Origin: an uncultured Chloroflexia bacterium
GTDB lineage: Bacteria; Chloroflexota; Dehalococcoidia; DSTF01; JALHUB01
Reading direction: 5' to 3'
NCBI GenBank assembly: GCA_963703345.1
Contig: OY969814.1
Span: 2,219,753 to 2,283,752 of the forward strand
DNA: 64,000 nt
Positions 36,790 through 46,777 of this stretch are shown here, piece after piece. Every line of letters starts with the position of its first letter. Positions within the stretch are counted from its first letter, which is position 1. The notes under the pieces are model-generated. The model was not told the DNA's origin and searched no databases. It saw nothing but the letters and a program-made list of their open reading frames with translations. The translations under genes and the position numbers were made by a program.

Positions 36790-37524
36790 TCAACCCCGCA
36801 CTCCAGAAAGAGATGCGATGATTTCCTCTTGTCCCCAATTAGGATCGATAGTCGGGACAATTCTGCCACTCTCGCCTTTTACGTACGGGCCCAAAGTCTT
36901 CCTGTGCTCCTCTGGGCAGAAAACCACCGCCACGTTGTCGAGAAGGAAACCGAAGTCCCCGCGGTGTCGCCACTCGCGCTCCCACCAAAACTCCTTCTTC
37001 GAGTTGCGCCACGTACCCATGCCCTCGACGAACGGAGCGATACCAGCGATAGGCTGGTCTGAGAATCGCTCACCTTCTGCGGCTTGTCTGACCAATTCCC
37101 AGACGTTCTCCGTTAGCCATTCGTGACCGCCGGTCATATCGACGTACCAAACAGGATTCACGCCCAGCTCGCGCGCCTTTCGCTTGGTGAATGCCAGTCC
37201 GAAGGGTTCGAGCTGATTGCGTCAACCCTTGATCGGACACACGAAGCTCCATGCTTGCTCCAGAGGTGCCTCAGTGAAACACACTACCCGCTGGGACTTC
37301 AACGCCGTTTGGTGGTCTTTCGGACGTAGCTTCCCTTGGCGGAGAACCTTCTCTAGCTGAATGACGGCCGCGCCCATGGGAGTACGTGCGAGCAGCGTCT
37401 GATTAGCAAGAATGCTCTGTAGGTTCTCTAGCGCCGCCTTGCCGTTCCCTTGCCGTGTCCAGTGAATAACGAAGGTGGACAGATCGGTGCGCCGGCGCAA
37501 CAATTCCTCGATCTCCCATTCCAT
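36790..37524 (-). pseudogene. AbiGi-like protein interrupted by in-frame TGA
   Basis: HWTR..VCFTEAPL..IKG*RNQLEPFGLAF.K..GVNPVWY..WEREWR; both track ORFs share one frame, TGA at 37222-37224. Confidence 0.72.
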
Positions 37525-37976
37525 GGATCCGCTCGTCTCCTAATGGTTGCCCGGGATGTCGGTATTCTCCCCTCTCGAAAGCAGATCGTCAAGACCCGAT
37601 GTTGATCGCTTTGAGGCTTGCCGCGCGCGCGGCGTTTGGTTCGCCGATATCGTTCTCGACCGCAATGAAATACTTGGAGATATGTCCTAGAGCTGGCCAT
37701 CCCAAATGAGTGGTGGTGGATGGGTACGAATGGGTTGACGAAGGCAAGGGGTATCGGCGTTCTTGATACCGACCGATGTCGTCAACGGCTACGGAATCAG
37801 GCGGCCCCACGACCACCCGCTTGCAGAGTGCACGACGCGCGCGTCGTGTCGCTAAAAGAGCCACCAGCCGTGGCGCCTCCGACGCCCTGCCGACTCTTGG
37901 GCAGCTCGAACGTTGGGTTCTTGCGGCGGTCTGAGTGAATGGACATGGCCCAATTCTCCTATATACTATTTCCAAG

Positions 37977-38681
37977 ATGAAGGAGCAGCCCGACGTTGCG
38001 ACTCCCTTTGCATCAGCAACAACTGATGAGTTCCTGGACTGGTGGAACGGATCCCGCCAAGCGATCCATCAGTGGCTGGAGAAGCAGTCGTCCCCGCTTG
38101 CAGAACTGTATTTCGGAGCAGGCCGCCTTCTTTGTGAAAAGACGCCAGGATGGACTCGGTTCGTCGGTCATGCAGTGCGGGAAATAGTCAACCGGCTTCC
38201 CACTGCAATCTGCGGCGAAGTGGGCGGAGGTCGTCTTGAATATCCTAAACGCGTCGAAGCGATCGCGGTTGTGTGGCCGAGGGCAAACCTAGGGCTTGCA
38301 GAAGCACAGATAGATTACAGCGGTACGGGTGTCGTCAGAACGCTTCCCTTGCCAGTTTGGAGGGAGGTTGATCAGTTGATCCAGGATCATCGGGGCGTGC
38401 CGACTCGCAATCGAGAGCGCGCCCTGAAAATGCTACAGGTGTTGGTGCCAGAATCGTCGCCTGGCGGCGGACAGATGGCCCTGGCAGCGGGCAGGTGGGT
38501 AGAGATTGGGCGTTGGGCGGAGGGACGAGCCCACGATCAAACGCGCTGCGACGAGGAACACAACGACGGCGAAATCATTGGACAGTTCGAGGCCCTGGAA
38601 AGAATCATACTCAGTGTCACCCGGCCATTCTTCCAGAATAAGGACGACCTAGATGAGCTCCTGGAACAAACCAACGCCTGA
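37977..38681 (+). CDS. hypothetical protein, possible HEPN-like domain
   Basis: LY.GA..LL, GHAVREIVNRLP, RAH; start uncertain. Confidence 0.6.
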   Translation: MKEQPDVATPFASATTDEFLDWWNGSRQAIHQWLEKQSSPLAELYFGAGRLLCEKTPGWTRFVGHAVREIVNRLPTAICGEVGGGRLEYPKRVEAIAVVWPRANLGLAEAQIDYSGTGVVRTLPLPVWREVDQLIQDHRGVPTRNRERALKMLQVLVPESSPGGGQMALAAGRWVEIGRWAEGRAHDQTRCDEEHNDGEIIGQFEALERIILSVTRPFFQNKDDLDELLEQTNA

Positions 38682-41448
38682 ACAGGTCGAGCGGGTCCTC
38701 CAGCTGATTACACGACCGGCTGAATTCCGGTATTTCCTAGACCGGCTAAACAATCCACTGTGGCTTCCCGTTTTCTACAAACGCGGACTCTTCGAGACAC
38801 CCCCTGGCCCCATCTTGGATGAGGCGGAGGGTACAATGCAATTCCCCTCGTGGCCGCTTTCAGAGTTCCTCGCTCGGGTCGCGCATAATGTCGATGATGC
38901 GAAACTGCTCTCGGCAATAGCACACCAAATCGCGCCTGCAGACAACTTTCGTGTGCAACTTAACGTACTGGCAGTAACTCTAGTCCTCCCAGCCCGAACT
39001 TCTGCAAAGTTTGTGCGCTATGCGCAAGATTGGCTAACTGGTTGGCATGGAGGTGTCGTAGACATGCTGGCACCTCAGCTTGGTTGTTGGCTGGAGCATT
39101 TGGCGCAAGGCAGTGAAGCAATGGCGGCAGAGCGCCTGGCCCGGCAAGTATTGTTCTTGAGCTCGGCGGATGGGGAACGCGTTGGTTGGTTGCACGATCT
39201 TGTCGGTCGTCTACGCCCTCACTGGTATGGTGAATTCCTCAAGAAATTCCCTGCGCTTGTTCGCGCGACTCCCGAAAGGGCACTTTCGGTGCTTCTCGAC
39301 GTGCTGGACAATGCCCTGAAGCTTTCAAGAGACGGAGAACAGCAGACAGAATCTGGATGCCTTGAGGATTATTCGACAACATGGCGTAACAATATTGCCC
39401 GAGGCGAGGCTTGGTCGACCGAGGACTACCGGCACCACTTGATCGACGCCCTGCAGGCAGCTATGCCGCTGCTGCTGGTGAGGGCCGAGGCGAGCGTTGA
39501 GGCCACGGTACGGCGGCTGGAAGAAAAGCGTTGGGTCACCTTCCACCGAATCGCTCTGGATGCTTTGTCGCGGGCACCGCTTCCCGAATCGCTAGATTCC
39601 ACTCGATCACGCTTGCTCGACCAGTCGCGTCTGCAGGATAGTTCACTCCGTCGCGAGTATGACGGCCTCCTCGCCGCACGCTTCAATGCACTCGACACTC
39701 CAGAACAGGAAGCACTTCTTCAGCTCATTGACCTGGGTCCTCGCCATTATGATGCAGCTCAGTCGACAAAGGAGGGGGACGAGTTATGGAGATACGGACG
39801 TTTGCGTTTAATCGCCCCCCATCTGGATACGAAGCACAGCAAGAGTCTTAAGCGCTTTGAGACCAAATTTGCAGCGTTCGAGAAGACCGAAAGTGCCCTA
39901 GTCTCCGGCTGGGTAACGGATCCCAGCCCTCTAGATGCTGCGCAGCTAGCGAACATGCCAGTGCCGGAGGTAATTAGCTTCCTGCGAGCATGGGAACCTC
40001 CGACATCAGGTTTTCCCAGGCCGACTCGACGCGCGCTTGCACTCCAGATTGAGAAGGCAATTCAGAACGAGCCGCGACGTTTCATAGAAGCGGCGGAAGG
40101 GTTCGCGGGCGTTCACCTTGAATATCAGGCGTTCATTTTGCGGGCGATCGCGTCCGCTGTTGAGGGGGGATACGTCCCGCAGTGGACACCGTTGCTTGGC
40201 CTTTGCACGGCCATAGTGGAGAGAGACGAGTCTAACAATGAGCTAAAGCGTGCTTTGTTGCGCGTCATCGAGACGGGATTCAATTCAGGCGGTGCCGAGC
40301 TTCCCATCACGGCCCGGGAGATAGGTTGGCGAATTATCAGCCATCTTGCTCGCGACCCTAATCCAGATCCAGACGATGAACGGTCTTTCGCGTCCCCGGC
40401 ACTCGATCCCATCACGATCGCCATTAATAGCGTACGCGGCGTTGCCGTCGAGGCCGTTGTCAAGTACGCGCTTTGGGTCTCTCGCGCGACGTTGGCAGCG
40501 ACTACGGCTGCTCGAAGCTTCGATAGCATGCCAGAAGCGCGCGAAGTGCTTGAGGAACGACTCGATTACGCTATTGAACGAACGATCGCTGTTCGCTCCG
40601 TATTTGGCCGGTTTCTGCCGCAACTCTTCTGGCTCGACCCTGAATGGACCCGTGAACGTATTCAGCAGATACTCCCGACTGACCCGGAACTTACCGAACT
40701 GCGAGACGCAGCATGGGAGTCGTTCGTGCTCGTCACGCCTGTTTACTCAGACCTGTTCAAAGCGCTGCGAACTCAGTACGAAGATGCAGTGCAGCGGCTA
40801 GAGACCCCTCGATTCGAGTGGCGCCTTCTCGGGGATCCCCTCGTATCACTTGGTCGTCACCTCGTCACGCTGTACGGCAGAGGCATGTTGCCGCTCGACG
40901 ACAAGTTAATGCGAACTCTCTTTTCAGGACTGAATGCAGAGAGGAGAGAAGGCGTTCTCACTTTCGTAGGACAGGCACTTCGCGGCGAAGAGGAGATCCG
41001 GGTTGATATCTTGTCGCGCTACCAAGCACTCTGGGAATGGCGGCGTCACGAGATTGAACTCGGACGGGGAGACTCCAGCGAGCTGCGCGCGTTCGTCTGG
41101 TGGTTTTCATCAAATCGCTTCGATGATCAGTGGGCGGTCGCTCAGCTCACGCACGCTTTGTCTCTCACGCCTTGTGAGAACCTGCTTCCGGAGGTCGCTC
41201 AGCGTCTCGCCCGTGCCACGGCGGTTCCAACCTTGGACCTCGTTAAAGCATTGGAGCAGGTAGTAATTAGCGACAGATGGGGCGTCATCTCAATGTATGA
41301 GGGGAGCGCTAGAGAGATTATTAGGCGTGCCCTTGAAGGGGGAGGCGAGGCACGAGTGCGCGCCATGGGTCTTATAGATAGACTCGCACGGTCAGGTTAC
41401 TTCGGCTTCACGGATCTGGTCGGAAGACCGCCACGTCAAACGAGCTGA
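38653..41448 (+). CDS. large all-helical hypothetical protein (931 aa)
   Basis: Long ORF, YFL..L.NP.WL..GLF..PP..WP, AINSVRG.A; overlaps upstream gene by 29 bp. Confidence 0.8.
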   Translation: MSSWNKPTPEQVERVLQLITRPAEFRYFLDRLNNPLWLPVFYKRGLFETPPGPILDEAEGTMQFPSWPLSEFLARVAHNVDDAKLLSAIAHQIAPADNFRVQLNVLAVTLVLPARTSAKFVRYAQDWLTGWHGGVVDMLAPQLGCWLEHLAQGSEAMAAERLARQVLFLSSADGERVGWLHDLVGRLRPHWYGEFLKKFPALVRATPERALSVLLDVLDNALKLSRDGEQQTESGCLEDYSTTWRNNIARGEAWSTEDYRHHLIDALQAAMPLLLVRAEASVEATVRRLEEKRWVTFHRIALDALSRAPLPESLDSTRSRLLDQSRLQDSSLRREYDGLLAARFNALDTPEQEALLQLIDLGPRHYDAAQSTKEGDELWRYGRLRLIAPHLDTKHSKSLKRFETKFAAFEKTESALVSGWVTDPSPLDAAQLANMPVPEVISFLRAWEPPTSGFPRPTRRALALQIEKAIQNEPRRFIEAAEGFAGVHLEYQAFILRAIASAVEGGYVPQWTPLLGLCTAIVERDESNNELKRALLRVIETGFNSGGAELPITAREIGWRIISHLARDPNPDPDDERSFASPALDPITIAINSVRGVAVEAVVKYALWVSRATLAATTAARSFDSMPEAREVLEERLDYAIERTIAVRSVFGRFLPQLFWLDPEWTRERIQQILPTDPELTELRDAAWESFVLVTPVYSDLFKALRTQYEDAVQRLETPRFEWRLLGDPLVSLGRHLVTLYGRGMLPLDDKLMRTLFSGLNAERREGVLTFVGQALRGEEEIRVDILSRYQALWEWRRHEIELGRGDSSELRAFVWWFSSNRFDDQWAVAQLTHALSLTPCENLLPEVAQRLARATAVPTLDLVKALEQVVISDRWGVISMYEGSAREIIRRALEGGGEARVRAMGLIDRLARSGYFGFTDLVGRPPRQTS

Positions 41449-41564
41449 AGTCAGCTTCTGGCGAATAAACAGAAAGGTACGATGGATTGCCCTCTATCAC
41501 ACTACGCCTAGCCCGCTGGCGTCAGGGGCGGAGTGCAAAAAGCGCATGGACTAGCGCTCTGCGC

Positions 41565-41966
41565 CTAATCCCCGTGTCGGTTGGGACACGCCTCGGGAGT
41601 CGTCCCCGCTTCCGCCAAGAAGCCCTTCTTGCAGATGGTGCAGAACCATCGCACCTTTCCCTCCGGGACACCCTTCTGGTTCGGAACTCTCACGATCAGT
41701 CGCTTGCCCCTAGCCGTCTTCGCCTCGCCTGACTCCACCACCGGCCCGGGAACATCGCTTTCCAACGACCAGAACCTCCAGCCATTGCAGGCTACGCCGC
41801 CCATCACTGCACTCCCGGCTGCTGAAGGGCTCTTGAACTCCCGGCCGTCCGCCAACCGGTAGCGCACACCCTGGTCGCTACTCACGACCTCCGCCGTATA
41901 CCTTTCTCCCTTGTACCCCGCCACCAGGCGGGTACCCACTACCAGATTCCGATTCTCGATTGCCAT
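41565..41966 (-). CDS. RAMA/DUF2924-like DNA-binding protein with C-terminal Zn ribbon
   Basis: YKG..Y.AEV, DGREFKSPSAAG..V.G..CNGWRFW; CTIC..CP..H. Confidence 0.7.
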   Translation of the reverse strand: MAIENRNLVVGTRLVAGYKGERYTAEVVSSDQGVRYRLADGREFKSPSAAGSAVMGGVACNGWRFWSLESDVPGPVVESGEAKTARGKRLIVRVPNQKGVPEGKVRWFCTICKKGFLAEAGTTPEACPNRHGD

Positions 41967-42149
41967 TTGCGGCACCTCCTTTCAAGGTGACGCATACATC
42001 ACTCTGCTTTGGCGCCAAGTCAACCCGGTTCTCCAGAGATAAAGGCAAAACGAGGAGAATTCGCCCCGATAGCCCCCTCTCACGCTTGACTTCGTGCGCC
42101 GTCAGAGTGATGTATGTCCATACCAGAATCGCGCGGTCGGGAGGACGCA

Positions 42150-43169
42150 GTGACCAAGAGAAACGAAGACGGCAGTAGCGACAAGGAGGACCTTCAGACC
42201 CTCGTTGACCTCTATCTCCTCCGTTGCCAGGTCGAAGGCAAGTCGCCCAACACCCTGAAGGCCTACGCCTGGACCATGAGACGTTTTGTGGAAGTAGCTC
42301 GTCAGGAGGGATTCGCCGGCCCTGTTCGCCAGATCACGCCAGTTCACCTCTACAGCTACCTTGGCCGCTTCTCGAATCTCTCCGCCGAATCGAGGCACCG
42401 CTATCATCGCGAGGTCTCCTTCTTCTTCAGTTGGCTGGAGTCGATGGGGTACGTAGACCGTTCCGCCTTCGCCCAGATCAAGAAGGTGAAGCTGCCGCAG
42501 CGGATCATCCAGCCCTTCTCTCAAGAGGACGTGCGCAAGCTGCTCGCGCTATGCGACGACTCTCCCGTCGGTCGACGCGATCGAGCGATGCTTCTGGTGA
42601 TGCTCGACACGGGCGTCAGGGTTAGTGAGCTGGTTCACCTAAACTTGGCAGATGTCGATCTAGAAACAGGCCGCACTCGGGTCCTTCACGGCAAGGGCAA
42701 CAAGCAGCGGGTGGTAGCCTTCGGTGACGGATGCAAGGACGGTCTATTGAGCTACCTCGAGGCGAGAGGATACGAGCCTGGCCCGCTGTTCGTGGCGGTG
42801 ACGGGACATCGAAGGCTGCACCTGGGCGTCGGGCTCCAGCCGAATGGAGTGAAGCAGATGTTACGGCGCTTGGGCAGGAGGGCGGGTCTGCCCAAGGTCC
42901 ATGCTCACCGCTTCCGTCACACCTTCGCCACCTGGGCCATCGAGCAACACGCACGAGAGCTGGATGTCCAGTACTTGCTGGGGCATTCGACCCCCGACAT
43001 GGTCAGACGATACTCGTCTACGTATAATTCGGAACAGGCTGCTCGCGCTCACGCGGCCTTCAGCCCGGCAGACTGGCTGGGGCGCGCTGGCCTCCTCACT
43101 CATTCGCGCTCAATGCCCTGCCTCTCCCCGTCGTCAAGGCCCATCCTTGCCCCCGATCGCTTGAGCTAG
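42150..43169 (+). CDS. tyrosine recombinase/integrase
   Basis: DTGVRVSE, GKGNKQR, HRFRHTFA, LLGH, RRY; full R-K-H-R-H-Y set. Confidence 0.93.
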   Translation: MTKRNEDGSSDKEDLQTLVDLYLLRCQVEGKSPNTLKAYAWTMRRFVEVARQEGFAGPVRQITPVHLYSYLGRFSNLSAESRHRYHREVSFFFSWLESMGYVDRSAFAQIKKVKLPQRIIQPFSQEDVRKLLALCDDSPVGRRDRAMLLVMLDTGVRVSELVHLNLADVDLETGRTRVLHGKGNKQRVVAFGDGCKDGLLSYLEARGYEPGPLFVAVTGHRRLHLGVGLQPNGVKQMLRRLGRRAGLPKVHAHRFRHTFATWAIEQHARELDVQYLLGHSTPDMVRRYSSTYNSEQAARAHAAFSPADWLGRAGLLTHSRSMPCLSPSSRPILAPDRLS

Positions 43170-43427
43170 AACGCCCCAGCAACCAAGCGCACGTCTGTCT
43201 CTCGCGGTCCTGTCGATGAGGGCTCCTCGACCCCCATCCACGGCGGCAAACTCCTCGATCACGCACTCCGCTGGCGGTCAACCATATTAATGCGGAAGAA
43301 GGCGCGTGGGAAGCAGGGCAGCAGATCTACTGGCAAATGTGGCCAATGTGAATCTGTAAGAACGGCTATTGGCTTCCGGTCGACCATATAGCTGGCAGCA
43401 GATTACACAACACGCACGGAGGCGACG

Positions 43428-44693
43428 ATGAAGAAGAATTCTCCTGAAACAGCGCGCAAGCCCCAGGACGCGCTGGAAATCACGCACGTTCGGATCGAAG
43501 ACCTGAGCTTGGCCAGCTACAATCCCCGTCGCATCGCGCCGGGCGAACTGGCGAAACTGAAGAAATCGATCGACCGGTTCGGGATCGTGGAGCCCATCGT
43601 AGCACGCAGGGACGGAACGATAGTGGGCGGCCACCAACGCTACGAGGCCGCGCGGCAGCTTGGCATCGAAAGGGTGCCCACCGTCTTCGTGGACATTAGC
43701 GACAATGAGGCCAAGCTGCTGAACCTCGCGCTAAACAAGATCTCCGGCGAGTGGGATACGATGCGGCTGGCCTCGCTCCTCTCGGAGTTGCGAACGCTTC
43801 CCACCACCGAACTGGAGCTCAGCGGCTTCTTGAAGGACGAGACCACTGCCATCATCCGCGCCCTCGACTGGGGACGCCGTTTCAGTCCGGACAACGTCCC
43901 CGACCCACCCGAGGTACCTACCGCCAAGCCGGGCGACCTCTGGCGGCTAGGCGACCACTTCCTCCTTTGCGCTGACTCCACCGATCCCGACGCTGTCCAG
44001 CGCCTTCTGTCGGGCAGAAGCGTCAACCTGCTGCTGACGGACCCGCCGTATGGCATCTCTTATGACCCCGGAGAACGGCCGGGAGCTCGAACCCCGGCAG
44101 GCAAGATCGAGGGTGACAGCCTGCCGGATGAGGACTACAGGGCACTCCTTGAAGGTTCGCTCAAGATCGCCTTCGCTGCCGCATCAGGGGGCGCACCTGC
44201 CTACGTGTTCCACGCGAGCACCCAGGCCGACATAGCTCTCGCCGCATTCAGGGCTGCGGGGTGGCGTCTCTCGGCTTGCCTCATATGGGTGAAGGCCGCG
44301 CCTACCTTCGGCCGCGGCGACTATCACTGGCAGCACGAGCCGATTCTGTACGGATGGAAGCCGGGCGGCCACCACCACTGGTTCGGAGGACGCTCCGAGT
44401 CCACCGTGTGGCAGATCGGGACGGGAAAGGCCTTGCCGGATTCCCGCGACGGCCATCATCTTCATCCCAATCAGAAACCGGTCGTGCTCCTCGAACGGGC
44501 CATCTCCAACAGCTCTCGCCCCGGCGACACCGTCTTCGACCCCTTCGTCGGCAGCGGCTCGACCGTTGTCGCCTGCGAGCGACTGGCTCGCCGTTGCCTT
44601 GCGATCGAGATCGAACCACGGTTCGTGGATTTGGCTGTCCGGCGATGGCAGCAGTATTCCGGCCAAGCACCGGAGCTAGTTAGGAGAGCATGA
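43428..44693 (+). CDS. ParB-like N-domain + N6/N4 DNA methyltransferase (phage type)
   Basis: YNPR, SIDRFG.VEPI, GGHQR; TDPPY, HPNQKPV, DPFVGSGST. Confidence 0.92.
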   Translation: MKKNSPETARKPQDALEITHVRIEDLSLASYNPRRIAPGELAKLKKSIDRFGIVEPIVARRDGTIVGGHQRYEAARQLGIERVPTVFVDISDNEAKLLNLALNKISGEWDTMRLASLLSELRTLPTTELELSGFLKDETTAIIRALDWGRRFSPDNVPDPPEVPTAKPGDLWRLGDHFLLCADSTDPDAVQRLLSGRSVNLLLTDPPYGISYDPGERPGARTPAGKIEGDSLPDEDYRALLEGSLKIAFAAASGGAPAYVFHASTQADIALAAFRAAGWRLSACLIWVKAAPTFGRGDYHWQHEPILYGWKPGGHHHWFGGRSESTVWQIGTGKALPDSRDGHHLHPNQKPVVLLERAISNSSRPGDTVFDPFVGSGSTVVACERLARRCLAIEIEPRFVDLAVRRWQQYSGQAPELVRRA

Positions 44694-44695
44694 TC

Positions 44696-46666
44696 ATGTC
44701 GCGCGGAGGCAGGAGGCCAAACTCGGGCGCGAAGAAGGGATGCAGTCGCGCCAGCATCAATCCGGCGAAGATCCAGGAGCGACGGGACCACGTCTACGAG
44801 CTGTCCCTGCTCTACCCGCGGCCGAAGGAGATCTTAAGGGCGCTCGAGCAGGAGAGGCCCGACCTTCTAGAGGGACTTAAGCGCCCCGTCGAAACCATCG
44901 CGCGAGACCTCAAGGTGAGACGCCGGGAGTACGCGGACATGCTTGGGGAGCGCAAAGCCGAGGAGGTCCGGGCCGAGCATGTCACGATGAAGATGAAGCT
45001 GTTGCGGATGGCCCTGGGCATCGGCGAGCAACTGCCTGTAGCTGCGCGCCTAGGCGTGATAAGGGAGGCCAGCCGACTCGTTGACGACATCGCAGTTGGG
45101 CATGGCCTGCCACTTGGGCGGCCATTTGGTTCGGGCCAGGCCGAAGTAGTAACGCTAGCCGATGCGCCAGCGGCGGGTGGCCTCACTGACCCCCTCACCT
45201 TTGCCATCGCCCCCCGCTTCTGCGGTCTCTCTGACATTCCAACCCTGTTCCCGATGCAGTACAAGGTGCTAAAGGAGTTCATGTCGACTAGGGCGCGGTA
45301 TCGCGTGCTCGTGCTCGTGTGCGGGATGCGCTCCGGCAAGGGCGTCCTGGGCTCGATCATCGCCTGGTACGCCGCCCACGAGCTCCTCGCCATGGAAGAC
45401 CCCCAGGCTTTTCTGGGACTGGCACCGAACCAGGAGATTCAGATACTCAACGTGGCTGCGAGCCGGGCGCAAGCGAAGAACAACGTCTTCAAACACATCG
45501 CTGATCGCCTGAACAGCGGCGGCGAGTGGTTCGCGGAGATTCGCAAACAGGCGAAGATCACGGGCCTCGAGATCCGTCTTCCCAAGAACATCGTTATCCG
45601 CTGCGGCCACAGCAAGGCCAGCACTCTTGTCGGGGCCACGTCATACGTGGTGATCCTCGACGAACTAGCGCGCTTCAAAGACACGGATGGACGAGACAAC
45701 GCGGACGAGGTCTATGAGAAACTGAGCGCGACAACGGCCACTTTCCCGGAGCGGGCTAGAATCCTCGTGCTGACAAGCCCCCAGTGGGAAGCGGACAAGA
45801 GCATGAGGCTACTTGAGGAGGCGCTCACGATCGACGAGGAAGACCGACCTTTGTACCCGCACATGTACGCTCTTCAGATGGCAACCTGGGAAGCGAACCG
45901 GAATCTTGAGCAACAGGATCTCTGGGAGCGCTTCGCCGGCGCCGCCAACCCGACGGCGTTCTGGCGAGATTTCGGCGCGCGGCCACCGCGTGCGGTCCAA
46001 GCTTACTATCCCGACCCTGACCGCTGGGTTCGTCAGGCCGATCCCGAACGTCAGCATCCCTTCGATGAACACGGTCGCATGGCCGATTGGTTCAGACCGT
46101 GCTGCGATAGCAGGCGCTTTGTCCACGTTGACCTGGGTCTTAGCCGTGACGCCTGCGGCTTTGCCATGGCTCACAAGCCCGTCCCCGGCTGCCCGTGCTA
46201 CCAGGGGAAGGGCGCGGCGTCCAACCCCAAGGCCAAGAAGGTTGTCCTGGACCTTTGCGGCGCCTTCCGCCCGGGGCCATCGGGCGAGATCAGCTTTGAG
46301 TCCGTCCGCCAACTCATCCGCGACCTCCAGGACCGCGGCTTCAACATCAAGGGCGGCGGCGTCACCTTCGACGGCTGGCAGTCGGTCGACTCACAGCAAA
46401 CGCTGAAGAGGGAGGGCTACCGCACTGCCACCCTCTCAGTCGATCGAGACCTCGTGGCCCATGACACCTTGCAGGAGCTAATCAATACCGACCAGCTCTC
46501 GTTCTATGAACTTCCGGTCCTCATCAAGGAAGCGGGGCAACTCCAACTCCGCAAGGGAAGCAAAGTGGACCACCCGGCCGGGGGCTCCAAGGATGTCGTC
46601 GATGCGGTGGCCGGGGCGGTGTTCCAAGCCTACAGGAAGGGCGGACGCATGGCCTTCGTCGGTTGA
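44696..46666 (+). CDS. terminase large subunit with TerS-like N-terminal extension
   Basis: N-term RGGRRPNSG; GMRSGKG Walker A, ILDELARF Walker B, HVDLG...D, DGWQS, KVDHP..GSKDVVDAVAG nuclease. Confidence 0.82.
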   Translation: MSRGGRRPNSGAKKGCSRASINPAKIQERRDHVYELSLLYPRPKEILRALEQERPDLLEGLKRPVETIARDLKVRRREYADMLGERKAEEVRAEHVTMKMKLLRMALGIGEQLPVAARLGVIREASRLVDDIAVGHGLPLGRPFGSGQAEVVTLADAPAAGGLTDPLTFAIAPRFCGLSDIPTLFPMQYKVLKEFMSTRARYRVLVLVCGMRSGKGVLGSIIAWYAAHELLAMEDPQAFLGLAPNQEIQILNVAASRAQAKNNVFKHIADRLNSGGEWFAEIRKQAKITGLEIRLPKNIVIRCGHSKASTLVGATSYVVILDELARFKDTDGRDNADEVYEKLSATTATFPERARILVLTSPQWEADKSMRLLEEALTIDEEDRPLYPHMYALQMATWEANRNLEQQDLWERFAGAANPTAFWRDFGARPPRAVQAYYPDPDRWVRQADPERQHPFDEHGRMADWFRPCCDSRRFVHVDLGLSRDACGFAMAHKPVPGCPCYQGKGAASNPKAKKVVLDLCGAFRPGPSGEISFESVRQLIRDLQDRGFNIKGGGVTFDGWQSVDSQQTLKREGYRTATLSVDRDLVAHDTLQELINTDQLSFYELPVLIKEAGQLQLRKGSKVDHPAGGSKDVVDAVAGAVFQAYRKGGRMAFVG

Positions 46667-46777
46667 CCCCAATGCGCTGGTGCTGCCTGATGCCGCCCAC
46701 GCCGCCGTGGTCTTGGCAACGCTCACTAATACGAGTATTCTTTAGCCCAACCAGTTCCACAGCACGAGAGGATCTCT

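Noticed and set aside
37222-37224. Selenocysteine read-through of the TGA
   Set aside because: Not a redox Cys context, no evident SECIS; a CGA->TGA nonsense change is simpler.
45578-45586. CTTCCCAAG as an internal att site
   Set aside because: Lies inside the intact terminase ORF with no flanking tRNA similarity; expected by chance.
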